Below are positions 47,600-62,428 of a DNA stretch of 64,000 bases, piece after piece. The translations under genes were made by a program, and so were the position numbers. Numbering within the stretch: the stretch's first letter is position 1; each line of letters starts with the position of its first letter. The notes under the pieces are model-generated. The model was given only the letters and a program-made list of their open reading frames with translations. It was not told the origin of the DNA and made no database searches. This stretch comes from Nymphaea colorata (lineage: Eukaryota), in NCBI RefSeq assembly GCF_008831285.2, contig NC_045138.2, positions 930,001 through 994,000 of the forward strand, written 5' to 3'.

Positions 47600-49986
47600 A
47601 CACTTGGATGTGTATCTCTATACCTAACTTTTTGAAAATTCCCGGCACCCGTATCAGCACTCAAAACCGGTGCTCGTACTAGAACTTATGTTACTGTGCT
47701 GCTAGATACTTGAATGCGACCACCAAGTTTCTTACTTTTCTTTAAACTTGAAATGTCAAAACTGTAGGTTCATGCCTGCATACGCTTGTCAAAGAAACTT
47801 GGTGCCCATGGAAATCAAACCAACAACCGGTCTCTTGCGTCTCTTGCCGCCGCTGATCCAACCATTTACTCCAATTTTCTTGGGACTACTGGATAAATCT
47901 AGTTGCTTGTTAAAGATCAGTAGCTTGAGTCTACTCTATAATTGATCACTAGTAAGATTAGCAATTGCAGTCGGATGGCCAATTACAGTTCAATATCTTT
48001 TCATGTGTGTTACTTCGGGTGAGTGAAGAAATCATACTGCCCGAGTAAAGGCCAACCCCTGGCGGTTCGTGTGTATTACTTGTTAAACCAAAATTACATG
48101 TACTTCTAAATGGGGTATACCGTTTGAACCATGCTTTAGTAAAAAAGGTTGATAATATTTGTGTATCTTCTGGGCTCTACTTGCTTCAGTCGGGCTCTAC
48201 TTGCTTCAGCCATTCTCCCTTTAAAATCTACTTTTGTTACAGAAAAAAATATATTTTTTAGTTGAAACAAATATCAAAAAAGTCATTTTCTATAGGACTG
48301 CTAAACACACCTTTTTTTTTCCCATATCTTTTTTAGCAAAATCACAGGAACTTTCTTTGCACTCTTTATTTTTCATTAAAAAGAAATCTGTCTTCCCTCG
48401 TGATGAAATAGACAATGCTTTCTTTCACAGCTGCACAAATTTGGCAGGTGCCTTGGAGACCACATACATGAGTTGCATTAACTATGAATAACTGCTGAGA
48501 TGATACTTGGCCAGGATGGTTGGACTTAAGCTGGCAAATCTGATTGGCTTCGGCCTTTGGATGCCCTAAGTTTTAGGCCCCACCTTTGGTGATAAAAGCC
48601 AGTGGAGCTAGGACAGTGTCGCGTTATTTTGTCCTTGTCAAATAATTGACCTGACTAAGAACACCTGGCTTTTCATAAGGCAAATTTTTTATTTAAGGAC
48701 CCATATTTTGCCTACGTTTCAGAAAACAGTTCGTATGATTTTTAATTTGCTTGATGTATGTCAAACTCTTGTTGCCGTCTGCCAAAAGTGAGGATCTATC
48801 TTTTTCTCTCCTAATTAAGTTAAAAACTCAGTCGAGAAAATTGACAGTAATATCATTTTTTATGTTCGTTCACCCGGCTCGGCACGAAATTATGAATAAG
48901 CTCTACCAAGGATTGCCAAGCATTTTCAGTGAATTCAAAAGGCCCCAAGGGCCATTGCTCAAATGGGCGAACTTGGGGCGCATTTAACAGCATGTCTCTG
49001 GTTTGAATTTGTGGGGACTATATTCTTGTACCATAAATGCAGGGAGCTCTACATACAACTTGTACCCTATACCCTATGTGCAAGTTGAAGTATGTGGAGA
49101 TCTCGCCACCTGATATCTACAACCTGGGGTCAAGGGGAAGGAGCTTCAACTCTCATTTGGGCAGTGAGAGTGAGATTAATCCTCTTGCTCACCCAGAATT
49201 CAAGACTATGGAAAGTAGATTTTTGCTATGATGAGAGTGGACTCTAATATTTGGCACTTATTTGACAGTTGTTAGCTAGGCTTATTTGTTTCAATAAGCA
49301 CATAAGTTTTAATCTTCTCAGAAAATCCCAGCCAGAAATAGGATAACAAGTAGAAAAAATTCCGTTATTGACGTATAAGCTGGAGACCAGCTAGTGTGCC
49401 TGAGCCCTTCTCATTTGAGGGCCAAGGCACCTCTCCACAAAGTCCCTTTGCAGACCATGATTCTGGGTCAGTGGCTTTCCATGTCTCACAAACATCCTAT
49501 GTGGGCGCAAGCAGGCGCATATACTCACATGCAGACAGATGAGTAAGTGCTTGCAGGCACATGCATGACATGACATGAGTATAAAAATACATACACACAC
49601 AGAGCAGAAGTTTGTTTTCAGTATTTCACTATAGCCTTACAATTTTCTTATTTCAGAAGGGATATCCCTTCTGCAGTCTGCACACACGCACACACAGAGT
49701 ACAGGCTTTCATGCTCATCATAGCCATGTAGTTTCTTCAATTCCAAAAGAATCCTATCTACCCACATAACATTAATACATCAGCAGAAGAGTAAGCAGCA
49801 AAAAAGAGAATAATACGTACAAAAAAGGTATCCCATAAGCAATATTCACCAGCCACCTCTTTGAGCTTCCACAAAATGGATGTGGGTTCTAAGCCAACCA
49901 TCCAAACCCACAAGGGTTGCAAAGAGACTAAAAATATTAAGGATCGAATGCTCGATAAGCATCAAGTCTTGTCTCCTGCACTTTTC

Positions 49987-52900
49987 TCATGGCTTCCATG
50001 CTGCAGGAGGTGGTGGTGTCATTGGTGTTATGGGAGGAACAGCAGAGAATATTGTGTTCTTGTCAATCCCATTTGCATTCTCGTGCTTTGACAGAGAGAT
50101 CAATGCAGCAACCAGCCCAGCATTGCCCGCTATAGTAGGCTCTGTATAGTTGTAGTTGGAGCGAACATCATGGAACCCATCGTTCTTGTCGGGTCCACCA
50201 ACCATGGCACCAACAAGCGTGTGAGGGTCCGGTTTTGGACTGTCAAGCCATCTCCTTCCACCTTTACAGGTGTACCGGGTACTATCCTTGGGTATTGATG
50301 CAGCACGATGATGGACGTGTTTAGGGTAATGATCACCATAGCCAACAAGATAGCTCATCTTCCTGGGGTTCTTGCCAAGAACGTAATCGATCTGTGGAAG
50401 CCAGAAATTTTAATAAGTACCTAAATGACTTTTCAGTTACAAGCTAGAACATTTGCTAAGAATTCAACTGTAGCTGTTTATGGAGGAATATATAGAGATT
50501 CAGACAAGACCCATATCTTGTGAGCTTAAGATGTAGTAAGGTCTAAGCAGATAGATTATTATTAGCAAAGGTTACTTGAAATAATTACTCTTGTCACAAG
50601 CCAAACAGTCTCATTCATGAGACACAACCAGATGCTAGAATTGGACAGTGAACTGCTGGAATTCAACCAATCAGACTCGGTTGAAGCTAAGCTGATGATC
50701 GACCGGATTTTTGTCATGAGATGTTCATACCAAGGTTTTAGTAATGTTAACAGGAACTGGTTTCAACATTTCAACTGAAATTGAGCCATAGGATGCAATC
50801 ACTATAAACTGTGCACCATCCAGCATGAATTGGGAACATTAAATTGAAGGTGCATATCTACTCTCATTGGCATTATCGCCATGAACCCATCATGTTTTTG
50901 GAAGTTAAACTCTGTACTTTATGAAGATACGCATTTTGGAGCCAAACCTAAATTGATGGAACCATGAATTATAAGTCAATGGACCATGACAGTCACACCT
51001 TGGGAGCTCCTGTCTGCATTTAAGCATCAATATTGATATCATTTGTCTATGATATCCTGTTCTTTGTGTGTGTGTCTCTGTGTGAGAGAAAGAATTGTTC
51101 ACGTGTGATTTGCACACTTATGTATTGAAACTCAAAATCACATGTTTTGGGCATAATAAGAAAGAAACACTTTAGTACCTGAGTTCTTGCAAAATCCCGG
51201 AGAACATCGGTGGTAAAGAAATTAGGCCCACAGTACCAACCAGGTGTATCTGCAGCGTCAAGATAATCACTGTAAACAGAAGCAAGGAAGGCTGCATTGA
51301 CAACATGTTGGAGAGGTTGTGGCCTTCCGTGGTTCAGCTGAATTAAGCCTCCTGTAAAAATCAACATCCTGTTCATTAATACTGAGATGGCAAAAATAAC
51401 GGAGAATAGATTAGAAAGGTTCTAACTGGAAGGTAGAAAATACAGACCCTTAGTCCGGTTGAAGCTAGTGAAAACTGGTAAAAATGAACACATAACTATG
51501 TTGGTCTGGTTGTGAAACGTCCGCAGTATTTCTTCATATGGATAGCCAGGACTCAGAAACAATCTCAACCTGCTTAACAAAACCTACACAGAGGAAAAGG
51601 ATAGTGTGAAATCCTAAAGCAAATCCACAAAGATGTAGTTTATTATTTCCAGAATAGTAAGCTCTCCACTCTAAGAACCTGTCAGGAGAGGAAAGACAAC
51701 AGACTGCAACAAGTCCACCTATAGAGGAACATTCTTGAATTACTATCAAGATTTTCATTGCACAATTATAGATGAAAAGGAAACTGGTTGCACATGTGCA
51801 CTGAGGGTCTGCCCGCAAAATCCATTTTTGGAAGAAATAGATTCAGAGTACACTTTTAAAATTTGGATTAATCCAATTTCATTTTTAATCAAAATAAGGA
51901 AAATAACAAATATCTTACTTGATGCATCATAACTTACCACAACTTTTTATAAGAGGTGAAACACTAATTCCTAGTGTTGAACAATGACATGAAGTCGTTT
52001 CTTGCAATATTAGTTCTTTAATTATTTTATTTTTTATTATGGATTCTTTTAGTAAAGTGGCTGCCGCCCCTAATCTTCTCTTAAATAGAAGATTAGGGTT
52101 TAGTAATACAATCTTCTTCTTTCTCTCTCAACCCTTGCCGTAACATGGTATCAATATGATGCTGTGTTGGGATCCCATACTGGCAGAATGTCATGATCAT
52201 GGTAGCATACATAATATATTATCACATATCTCCACAACCAACAAAGGGACTACGCTCGTCCTACTGACAATATTGATTATGGTAGTGGTGCAAAAAGGAG
52301 AAAAGGGTCTTCATTTTACCTGAGCACCAGGAAGTTTGTTATCCCAGTTGAATACACCATAATCAGGGCCCCCCCAAAATGCTCCAGCATGTTTAGCAAT
52401 GCCAGGGGTAGTTGCCAGTTTCAGGTAGGAAATATTCCCAGTTGCATAGTACATCCATGCAGCACCCCACTCATACTCATCATAGTATCCACTAGAATTA
52501 TAAAAGTTTGCTGGATCAGTGCCAGGAGGACTGTATCTGCCCCTTTGTTCTCTAGAGAACTTGAACAATGCAGTGGCAGCATGAACAAGTTTCTTTGAGT
52601 ATGCTGCATTGTCCTTAAAAACAATTGATGCAGACGCCATTGTGGACGCCATCTCTGCAGCAAGATCAGAGCAGCTATGACATTGATATACGGGGCGCGG
52701 GTAGTTTATGTCTTCTGGCCTCATCCAACAGTAATGATCATTTGGTTCAGGACCCTTGGAGGTGTCTCCAACACCAACCTGGATGATATTCAGAACTTTA
52801 GTACACCAGAAAATGGCAGTATGTACAGATCATAAGAATCAATCGGCAGAAACGTGTGAACGAGTATAGCCAATGCTAGCCCAAACATGTGCCCATATAA

Positions 52901-54883
52901 TCATTAGATGGATCATTGTGAAAAGCATTAAAAAGAGGTCCAAAAATTGAAAGGAGAAGTGGAGCAAAAAACTGTGTTTGGATTCACCTGAGCAGCAATC
53001 ACATCTATGGTATCTGCAGAGGAGTTAAAAGTCTTGAGAAGATAATCTGTTCCCCACTTGATCAACTCTTTAATATGATTGAGTTCACCAGCAGCTTCAT
53101 ACTTCGCACTGTACTCAATTACGCTCCAACTCAACAGGGTCAAGGCATATGACTGAGGAAAGTTGAACTTGATTGCATCTCCCGCATCATAATACCCGCC
53201 AACCAGACTTTTACGATAAGCATCATCGGAAAAGCCATCCCTCATTCCAGAGTTTCCTCTCCATGACACATTGTTTCCTTTAGGAAGTGGCCCCGCTGCA
53301 TCATAAAGTTTGGAACACAGATTTCACAAATGTTAGCATGGATGGAATGCACTATTGAACCAATCAATCCATAAATGGCATGGAGCATTCCAGTTCCACA
53401 AATAGTCCTCAGACTAAATACCATTCTCACAGCAGTTATGGCTGCCGATACTGACTGCCTGTGCAGGATTAGGCAGGCAACTTCCATCTGCACCATCTGC
53501 ATAGATTGGAGGCTTGCACGAATGCATGTGCACGCCTGCACACACACCTGGACACACGAACACACACACGCACACACGGAGAGAGAGAGAGAGAGAGAGA
53601 GATGGTTCTACAAGCAGAAACAGACAAGGCATGACCCCATGATACTCGGCAGATGGATTACAAATGACAGATCTCTCTCACGCACATGATGCATATTGAG
53701 ATGGACAGTCTCCCAGCTTTTCTCGCCATGGCAACACACCAGACACTTTATCAAACGAATGGAAAATAAAATAATCGAATCCCGCAAAGATCAGGGAAAT
53801 GAACCAAGTGATGATCAAGAAAAGATGTGAAAAAGTTCACAGAGTTGTTTATCTGAAACTGGATCCCCTTCGACTTTTGTAGTTTAGATGAGCAAAAAAG
53901 AGACAAATTTCAAGGCATGACGAAAAAGAGGTTCAATAACTCCAGAAAAGAAAAAAAAAATCTAAGTTTCAAAATTTTGTAACATTTAGATGAAACTAAA
54001 AGAAACCAAATTCATGCATCGCGAGCAAGAAATTTAATGGACCCATAGTCTTCTTTCGAGTATTTAGATAAAATTAGAACGTATCAAATCTCCCCATCCA
54101 CGGCAAGAGAAACAAAGAGTCCAATGGGCCTAATTGAATATCAAAATAGATTATTAGATAATTCTCAACACAACCGACTGGTTTTTTTTTTTTTTTTTTT
54201 GCTAACACGGCCGATTAAAATGAAAGGACAGATCTGATTACCCATGTATGGTAACCAAGAAATTCAGGATATTGGGGTAGAAATTCTGCTAAAAAAAAAA
54301 GGAACTCCCTTAAAAAATGAGAACAAAGAAAAAAAAAATTAAATGACTGAATCAATTGAAAGTATTTGAGGACAAATAGAAACTTAATTGTAGATATCCA
54401 TGGCATCCGAGAAAATCTGTGTTTGGAAATTTGAAGGAAAACTACCAACTAAGCAAATCAGCCATCTCCGATATCCAGAAAAGGCTGCGATCGATCAGAA
54501 AGCTTACATTTCTGAGCATTGAAGAACATGAGCGCCTTGTGGAGCGCCTGAGTGTAATTATCTGGCGGCGGCGCGGGACGGTGGTGGTGCGGCACCGTCT
54601 TCACGATGAGGGTGATCAGTCCGGCTAGCAGACCGCAGGCAACGATTGTCCCCACCGTCCAAACGAACAGCTTCCTACTGACGATCATGCACCCGAGATC
54701 CACATACTTCTTCTTCTTCTTCTCGGTCGGGCCGAGGAGCCAGCTCTGCTGGGTCTCATCAAGCTGCCGGGAGAGAGCACCACGGTCGTAATCCTGCAAA
54801 TTCCGGCTCCGATCATCGTCGGTCGCTGAATCGGCGTTGATCTCCAGGGCGCCACCCCAAGGGTCCCTACCATACATGCTCAT
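49987..54883 (-). CDS. KOR1: Membrane-anchored endo-1,4-beta-glucanase KORRIGAN (GH9 class A), 6 exons
   Basis: Exons 54883-54508, 53295-52988, 52778-52320, 51583-51448, 51351-51179, 50391-49987. N-terminal [13 protein letters not shown] and YVDL sorting motifs, TM helix, [20 protein letters not shown] and [14 protein letters not shown]9 motifs, Pro-rich tail PPPPAAWKP. Confidence 0.96.
51975..52153 (+). mobile_element. Possible truncated LTR/TRIM remnant in KOR intron 3
   Basis: TGTTGA...TAACA followed directly by PBS-like TGGTATCA (52146-52153); no second LTR seen. Confidence 0.35.
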
Positions 54884-55438
54884 CTATCACCTGCCTTTCC
54901 GGTCAAATATGTGCCAGGAAAATTGAATTCTTCAGATGGTTTCCAGGAAAAAAAAAATGCAGGAGAAAGATCTCGTAATTCTGATAGCCTTTCCCTCAGA
55001 AAACTGGAATTCCTAAGAAGCAGTCCACTAAGGCTACTTGAAAGAGAAGGATCTGGTTTCAGAGGATCTTCACTGGGGAAAAGATGATCTTCAGGCTAGG
55101 AAAAATGGAATGTTTGTGGGTTTTTTGTAGGGAATTTGGCAACGAGAAGGTGGATCTTTGGTGGGTTTTCTAGGAAGAGAAAGGTGGGACTTTCCTGGTT
55201 TTTCCTCTGTTCCCCCGGAAGAAAGATATGAATAATTCTATGCTTCTGCTGTAAGTTTCCGGTAAGAACAGATCGAATTCTCTGGTTGGTAGCAGTGAGC
55301 TTCCCCTGGAGAGGCAATGCCGAGACCGCCTTGGTTTTCCGGCAGGGGAATGCCGGAAAATTGGTCAGTTGGAGTGGGACTAAAAAGGAAGGAAGGATGA
55401 TGGAAAAGGCAGAGTAATGAGTAGAAGCCAAGCAACAG

Positions 55439-55471
<33 letters not shown>

Positions 55472-57692
55472 ATTATTGTTTAATTATTAATTAATTTTCT
55501 TAATGTTTTACTGCTTCGTCTTCCACACTCTTGAGAGAGAGACTGTAACACTCCTACTAACCACTACGATGGAGAATAAGCAGAAAAAAAAAAGAGAAAA
55601 TTTCCATTGAGGTATCCCAATTTTGTCATAATCTCAAAAGCGTGCTTCACTTTTACCAACAATACGTAAGATCCTATCCTTCCAGACCTTACAAAAACAA
55701 GAGCCTTTTGACCGTTATTTCTTCAAAAAGTCATTAGTCAAAAGAGAATAAAAGTGTGCCTGTTTTCGCAAATCGCTTCGTAAATGTGCAGTTAAACGAA
55801 TATTTGTTAAAACAGAGGCTTTCCTGAAAGGTGATTTTTTTTTTTAGTTATTTTGTTTTATTGGTGGATCTAGATTCTGTCCGTTCGGACGACAGACGGG
55901 AGGTTTCTTTCATTCTTAAGATTAAATTAGTGGAAATAATTGAAGGACAGATCTACCCTTCGAAAATTATCAGTTTTCCAGATAACCTTTCCTGTCCGAG
56001 CATGCCCCTAGTCGGTTCCAAAAATAGCCGTTCTGCCATTCCGCAATTTGTCCTTTTTGCCTTTGTGTCTCACTGACCGGATCCATGCTTCACAGCTAGA
56101 TTCACTACCGGAAACTTGAATTTTCAAGTTTGGTTCCGGCGAGGACTTGAGGTTTGGATCGAACTAATTTGGATCCAGTGCGGCCATGAAGATTAAATTT
56201 GATGATAGTGAAAAACAATCTTGATCAATGTCATATTGCATCGACGACGAGGTGGCAGATCTAGAAAATTTGGCTAAAGGGCATCATCAATATGTAAGTA
56301 AAAAAAAAACTCAAAAATAACAGTACAAAATTAAGAAAATTTTTGGGTTTTGTGTGGGCGACTGCCCACACATAGCCCACACCTCCCTCCTCCCTTGGCA
56401 TTGACCCATGTCGAACCAATTTGATTACGTGGGGTCTCGTGAGATCCTTTGTTTGGTGCCAAAAATATTGCTGTGAGTGTTTTATAAATTCAACTCAAGT
56501 ATTACAATAAATTCATGAAACAATGGAATATAATGTTTCATAAATCTAACCAGAGATAAATTAATGAACTACTATAACAAAGCGTTCATATCACATCAAA
56601 CCCCTTATTAAAGGAAAATTGGTCTAGATTTTGACCGGTTATCAAGCTCAGCATGTGGCTTAGACAACCGATTCAGCAATCAAGTTCAAGATCCAACGAG
56701 GATCCAGTCCCATTATGCACAACAGGGTCAGATCTTACCCCTTTCAAATCCGAATCTAGAGTTCCACTCAAAATCAGATTAATGAACTCGACAAAGTCAA
56801 GTCCAGTCATGGGCGAATCCAACCCGAGTCCGGACAGTATGCATCACTGCTTTATATGCTAATAGATATCTGATCCGAGTATCGTATTCTTATCTGGATC
56901 CAGCACCCATTTCTCACCCCATATCCAGCAGTAAAGGGAAAAGTTTCCGTTCATGAACGTTAAATGGCAGTTTTGTTATACTTTCGCATCTGAGCTCCAC
57001 TTTCTACCGTTTCTTCTCGTGATAGGACGCTCGTGCGTCATTATGGGAGACGGCAGGGGTACTACCGTAATTTCCTTGCCAGGCTAGCACCAGCTCAGCT
57101 GCCTTTGGTCCAGAACCGTTCGTTTTCCCAATTTTTAATTTGTGATTTTAAAATATTTGCACTTGTCTGCTTTCCGCTAATTTATTAATTATTTAATGAT
57201 TTTCCGGTTTCTCAAAATTTATTTATACCCATTTATTGCGTCAGCTGTCGGTGGCCCTCTCTTTCACTCTGCAATGGAAAGTCCATGGACGCATGTTTAG
57301 TCAGAGGTCGCTTTCGGCTCCTCACTGGATCGGGTATGGATCCGGTTCTTTAAGAGTTTGAACCCCGTGGGCTCTTTCAACGTAGAAAGAGTCTCGTGGA
57401 ATCTGGTTTTTATGATGATCATATCTTCGTATGCTGCCAAACTTGCAGATGATTCGGAGCCGTTTCTAGACTACGAATTAAACGGAAGCTCAATTGGATC
57501 TGGATTAAGATCCGCTATTGGAAACCGAGCAGGTAAGGCTTTGTCTTGGGAATTACGACCTATCCAAATCTATACAATCTATTTTAATTCTCTTTATGGG
57601 TGTCTTAATGTATATATATTCATTGTTTTTGTTTAATCGTCCATCATATTAGATTAGAGAATCTTATTTAGATGGGAAAAGTTAGAAGTGTG

Positions 57693-58058
57693 TGTGTTGA
57701 GCTTGAGCTCGATTCAGTTAAGGCTCGACAAGTTCGTTTGAATAGAATTTGTATTCATCGTTACATGTTCAGCTCAAGATCGACAAGATTAAGGCTCGAC
57801 AAACTCGTTTAAATAGATCTAATATTCATCGTTACGTGTTGAGCTCGATTTCGACTTGATTAAAGTTTGACAAACTCGAGTAAAGTTCGAGCTCGACTGG
57901 GCAGTTACGTGTTGAGCTCGAACTCAACTCGATTATTTGAACGAGTCGACTCATGAGCTCGAGTGCGACTCGTTAAGCAAATGACTCAACTCAAACTCAT
58001 TCATGATCCGAGCTTTAACGAATCGAGCTTGAGTATCTCTACTTATTGTTCACCCCTA
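57693..58058. mobile_element. Truncated hAT-like MITE with CTCGA/GAGCTCG subterminal repeats
   Basis: Right TIR TGTTCACCCCTA (reverse complement TAGGGGTGAACA); same repeat vocabulary as 9496-10378; internal repeats of about 70 bp; left end missing. Confidence 0.6.
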
Positions 58059-60938
58059 ACTACTAGCCAATGTCAGATTTGGATCTAGATCACCTGGATC
58101 TCGAAAATATCCATAGTGGGACACCACCACTGGCACCCAGTTGTAGCCATAGAGCAAGCTGCCTGCTTCCACATAACACAATAAATGACAAACATGAGGG
58201 CAGCTCGGTGGTGGGGCCCAGCCTTGACCTTACCTTCCTCTTCCCACCATTTAATGTGCTGTCAAGTAGGTGAGACAGTGAGAGACCTCAATTTAATTGT
58301 CATTGAGAGCCACACATAGTGTTCTTGCCATAAATATAGCATAACCTAATGTGATATATAAATTTTGTTAATTGATAATGTGTGTGTGTGTGTGCATGCT
58401 TATGAATATGTGTGTATGTAAATGAGGTAATTGTATGGGCAGTTTAATCGATGGTTCATAAGGTGACACATATTCAATTACTTTTAAAATATTATTGATC
58501 TTTAATTTTAAAAAATAAACTTTTATTTACACAAAGCTATCAACCAAGTTGATGAAAGTTCTTTAGTTGATTTGCTTAGTTTTTCTATTTATTTGGTTTA
58601 TATATTTTATGAACTATATTTCTCTTTAATTCCTTGATACTTACATTTCCATGCGAGCAGGTTATTAGTAATGGCCCCTAAAATAAAATGACCAAAATAC
58701 CCTTGCTAATTAAATGACATACACCGCCCTACCTAATATGTCGAGTTTTGGTTCATATTGAGTTGCTAGGCAGTTTTCGGAAGAATGACTTACTTTGCAA
58801 AATTTATAAGGACTGTTTCCAGAAATATGCTAAAGGCTTGCCCTTTCGAGAAAGATTCTAGAGAAGGGAAGCTGCTAACGTCGGCGGTCCACGAGGCCCC
58901 GAGGGTCGATTGTTACGTCACGGGTCCAATAAAAACTATTAAATTCTCAACACGCCACTCGAGATCGACTCTCAGTGCCACCGACAGCAAAAAAAAAAGT
59001 GATGTTTCGCCCACACGACTGCACTTGAAAGGAGAGATTTTGTTACTTTTTTAATATTTAACAAAAAATGACCTCAAACATTGGAGGAATAACAAAAGTA
59101 GGCCCATGCGTGAATGTTTTGCATTCGTCCTCGTAAGTTAGCAAAATATTAATGATAATCAGATTATTTTTGGGATTTGAATTCAATATGAAGTTTTGCA
59201 ATTGAGTCTTAACTTGCATGTAAATTATCTTATGCTAGATGGATCTGGAGTAAAAATTTGAGTCCAAGTCCGAGATTGAATCTGAATCCAATTAGATGTA
59301 ATTCAATTCGCCCGAGTTTGAATCATTTGCATGTCAAGCATTTCTTTAGTTTTTTTTAGCAAAATGAGAGTGCAGTATTACCTGTTTTGCATTCAATCTT
59401 GCTATGAAAATTTTGAGGCATCAGTTTGATTCTAGTTGATATTCTCTCCTGCCCCGACCCTCACAACCCTAAACCCTAACAGTGAGGGGAAGCGACAGGT
59501 TGAGCTCGGCGTCTCATGCAGAGGCCTCCCAGCCCTACGTGTTTGCGTTTTTAAAACATGAAGCTCATTCAAAAAACAAGAATCAATCTCTTAACATGTA
59601 GTGGGCAGCAAAGTGGTCCACCTCGGTCCACCTCATCTACGGATTCATATTTGAATATTTGAGTGATTACTGTCACGTTTCAGTACGCATTACATCTGAA
59701 CCGTAAAAGGTCACAAAGCATGTTTTGTAATCCAAAGAAGCGAGTACAAGGGAGGGCTAGTGGCCTCTCTTTGAAGGGTGGAATGAACCACTCACCCTTT
59801 TTAAAAAAAAACAAAAAAAAAAGTGTCGTCGATGTGTTCGGAAACCGCGCTTTATTTTTTTTTTTTTCCATGTGCCAATTTACTTGCCGACAGTGTGCCA
59901 TACTGGCCCACCTTGCTTTGTTTCTCTAAGCACAGTTTTCTATTATGGCAATTAGACCACGATTATGCACATGGATTTTATGTATTTTAATGCTATGGAT
60001 TTTATGTATTTTAATGCTCTATCAATGATTTGATATTTTATGCGATCGGCTTGATTGCCGAGACATATGGAAACGTAAGGGGCTTGGATCAGGCATGATC
60101 CATTTGACCGGAAAACATAGGGATGTTAATGGATCGAATGACTCTAATTATTGATCTTATTTGAGATCTATTTAGTGGGATCAGATAAAGAAATCCAGAT
60201 CTGACTACTAATTGGACTGGAATTTAGTATAAACTTACATAATGGAATCTGAACCCGAGTTTTGATATATGACTGGGAACTGATAAAGTTTTAACAGAGT
60301 TTAATACATTTAGATGTCAGATCTTATGTTATCCAGATAGGAATCTGGATTTAAAAGAAAAAATCGTATGAACCTGAATCTAAGTACATAAAAATCCAAA
60401 TTAAGTGAACGCTGGATCCAACCCTAATCTGGACCCTCCGGGTCAGTTTGGCAGCAGTTACAAATTGTTACTATCCAATGAATGGGACAAGTTCATAGAA
60501 CAGTTATAGTATGTTACTGAGCCCCTTCAAATCCCTACATTGGATCTGAATTTTTGGATTTAGTATAACAGACTCAGACCATTACCGTTCAAATCGAGGA
60601 GAGGTTTGTACCGTGATCTGCGTCCAAGATAAATGTGGGTTTCGACTTGGAATCTCAATAGACGTGAAATTTATATCTGACACTAGTCTCTTCGGTTTTG
60701 GATAAAAAAGTCATATTGAAATCCAAGTCTGAAACCAAGTCCGATTGAGATGAATCCAGTTAAACTTTGCTTGGTAAAGCAAATCTGACATGGTTCCGTT
60801 CAAGTTGATCAGACCCATGACCTTCAAGTTGAATGACGTCAAGAGTTCGATACCAGGGGATTTTGCCCCACTGCATCTTTCTGAATAAGGGTAAGCTGAA
60901 TATCAGGGGGAATGGCCAAGGACCAAGACACAGTTGAC

Positions 60939-61102
60939 CAGGGGCAGAGCCAAGGGAGGCCGCATGGGTTCTGGCTCCACCTCAATTTTTTTTTTAATTT
61001 ATGTGTAAATTTTAAAAAATTAATTCAACCCCCCTTATAAAAAAACTTTTAGCGTTGCCCGTATAGTTGATACCAACCCAAGTCCAGATGGGGCGGCCAC
61101 TG
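60939..61102. mobile_element. Short CAGGGGC-type MITE (related copies near 11060, 17850, 56250, 63945)
   Basis: CAGGGGCAGAGCC start, AT-rich core, GGCGGCCACTG end; gcatgggt.ct.gctccacctcaatttt shared with 63945-64000; no TSD seen. Confidence 0.45.
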
Positions 61103-61576
61103 TATGTGCTCTGAGTAATGAACGTGCTGGCCCAGATAAGAGTCAAAAAATTAGCTAGAGCCATCCTGGTCTGCTCCAGGTAATGACTTGAGCTGACCCA
61201 GCCGGGTATGAAAGAGAGCTCTTTCCGCACAGGGCCTGGTCCGGTCGGACCCACTTCGTGCGATCTGAACATAAACAAGCCCAGTCCAAGCAGGCTGTGA
61301 AAGCTCATCCGAAAAGAACCTGACCCAGATCCTGCCCATTTTCTATTTGAGTTCATGAATGGGTCTGATCAGGCCATGAGCCCAGCTCTAGACGGCCTGT
61401 GCCAGCCTGAACCCAACAAGAAGACCTCCCGACGTTAATGCTCCCAGTAGGTGGGGACATGTTGTGTATATTCTTCCCAATGCTTTTCATGTCATCTTCC
61501 AAATGGGAGGTGATCCTGAGTTGTAGTGGAAGGTTTATGACTCATGAGTATCAACCTTTTGTGGAGTAGTTGAAGT

Positions 61577-61690
61577 AAAATTGGTAGAGAGAGAGAGAGA
61601 GAGAGAGAGACGATAAAATTGGTAGAGAGAGAGAGAGACGATAAAATTGGTAAAGAGAGAGAGAGAGAAAAAGAGAGTCGATAAAATAAG
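61577..61690. repeat. About 3 tandem units aaaattggta(ga)n-cgat with variable GA tract
   Basis: Seen directly. Confidence 0.8.
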
Positions 61691-61755
61691 AACGCAGACA
61701 AGAAGTTCCTTAGACACAAGAACAAACCTAAAATGAAGTATAAAGTAGAATGAAT

Positions 61756-61786
<31 letters not shown>

Positions 61787-62138
61787 TACCAAATATGAGA
61801 AAACATGACAACCAACATACAATATTTCATAGTGAAGTGTCCTTGTGACAAGTAACTTGTCAAGAGAGAGAAAATGTCAAATATGAGAAAGTTCACCAAC
61901 CACTATACCATATATCATATCATGACAAGTAACTTTTCCTTGTCAAGGGAGATGGAAGAGGGAGAGAAAAAGAGAGAATCAGTATATGAAAAAACGCAAC
62001 ACCTATCACACCATATCTTATAGTGAAAGTCTCTTGGCAAGTACCAGTTCCTTCTCAAGAGAGTCCTCAGTTTGTAAGAAAGAGTTACGCAATCTATATC
62101 AAACTAAGGACATATATGTGGGCTGTTGTGAGCATTTG

Positions 62139-62140
<2 letters not shown>

Positions 62141-62215
<75 letters not shown>
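62141..62215. repeat. (TA)n microsatellite, about 37 units
   Basis: Seen directly. Confidence 0.97.
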
Positions 62216-62217
<2 letters not shown>

Positions 62218-62428
62218 TCCCATCCCATCTGCCTAGAATTTCTGGCGCGGCATTGTAAGAGAAGCCTACTAACACTGGTTGACCAATAAACATTGAGAAA
62301 ATAAGAAAGTAGCGCCAGTGAATATCAACCATTTGACGATCAATAGGTAAAAAATAAAAAATAGTTGGTGGCATAGTTCATACACCAGAACAAATGTATG
62401 ATCGATATCTATGCATGCCCAGATCCAA

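Noticed and set aside
55096..55435. KOR upstream ORFs (111 aa and 65 aa)
   Set aside because: Non-ATG starts in a pyrimidine-rich leader, with no recognisable conserved peptide.
59465..59480. Telomere-like AACCCTAAACCCTAA
   Set aside because: Only two units; at most a telo-box, with no adjacent gene.
61492..62374. ORFs of 88-135 aa (SLSLSL, YIYIYI), similarly 11700-11966 and 53242-53689
   Set aside because: Translations of (GA)n, (TA)n and (CA)n microsatellites.
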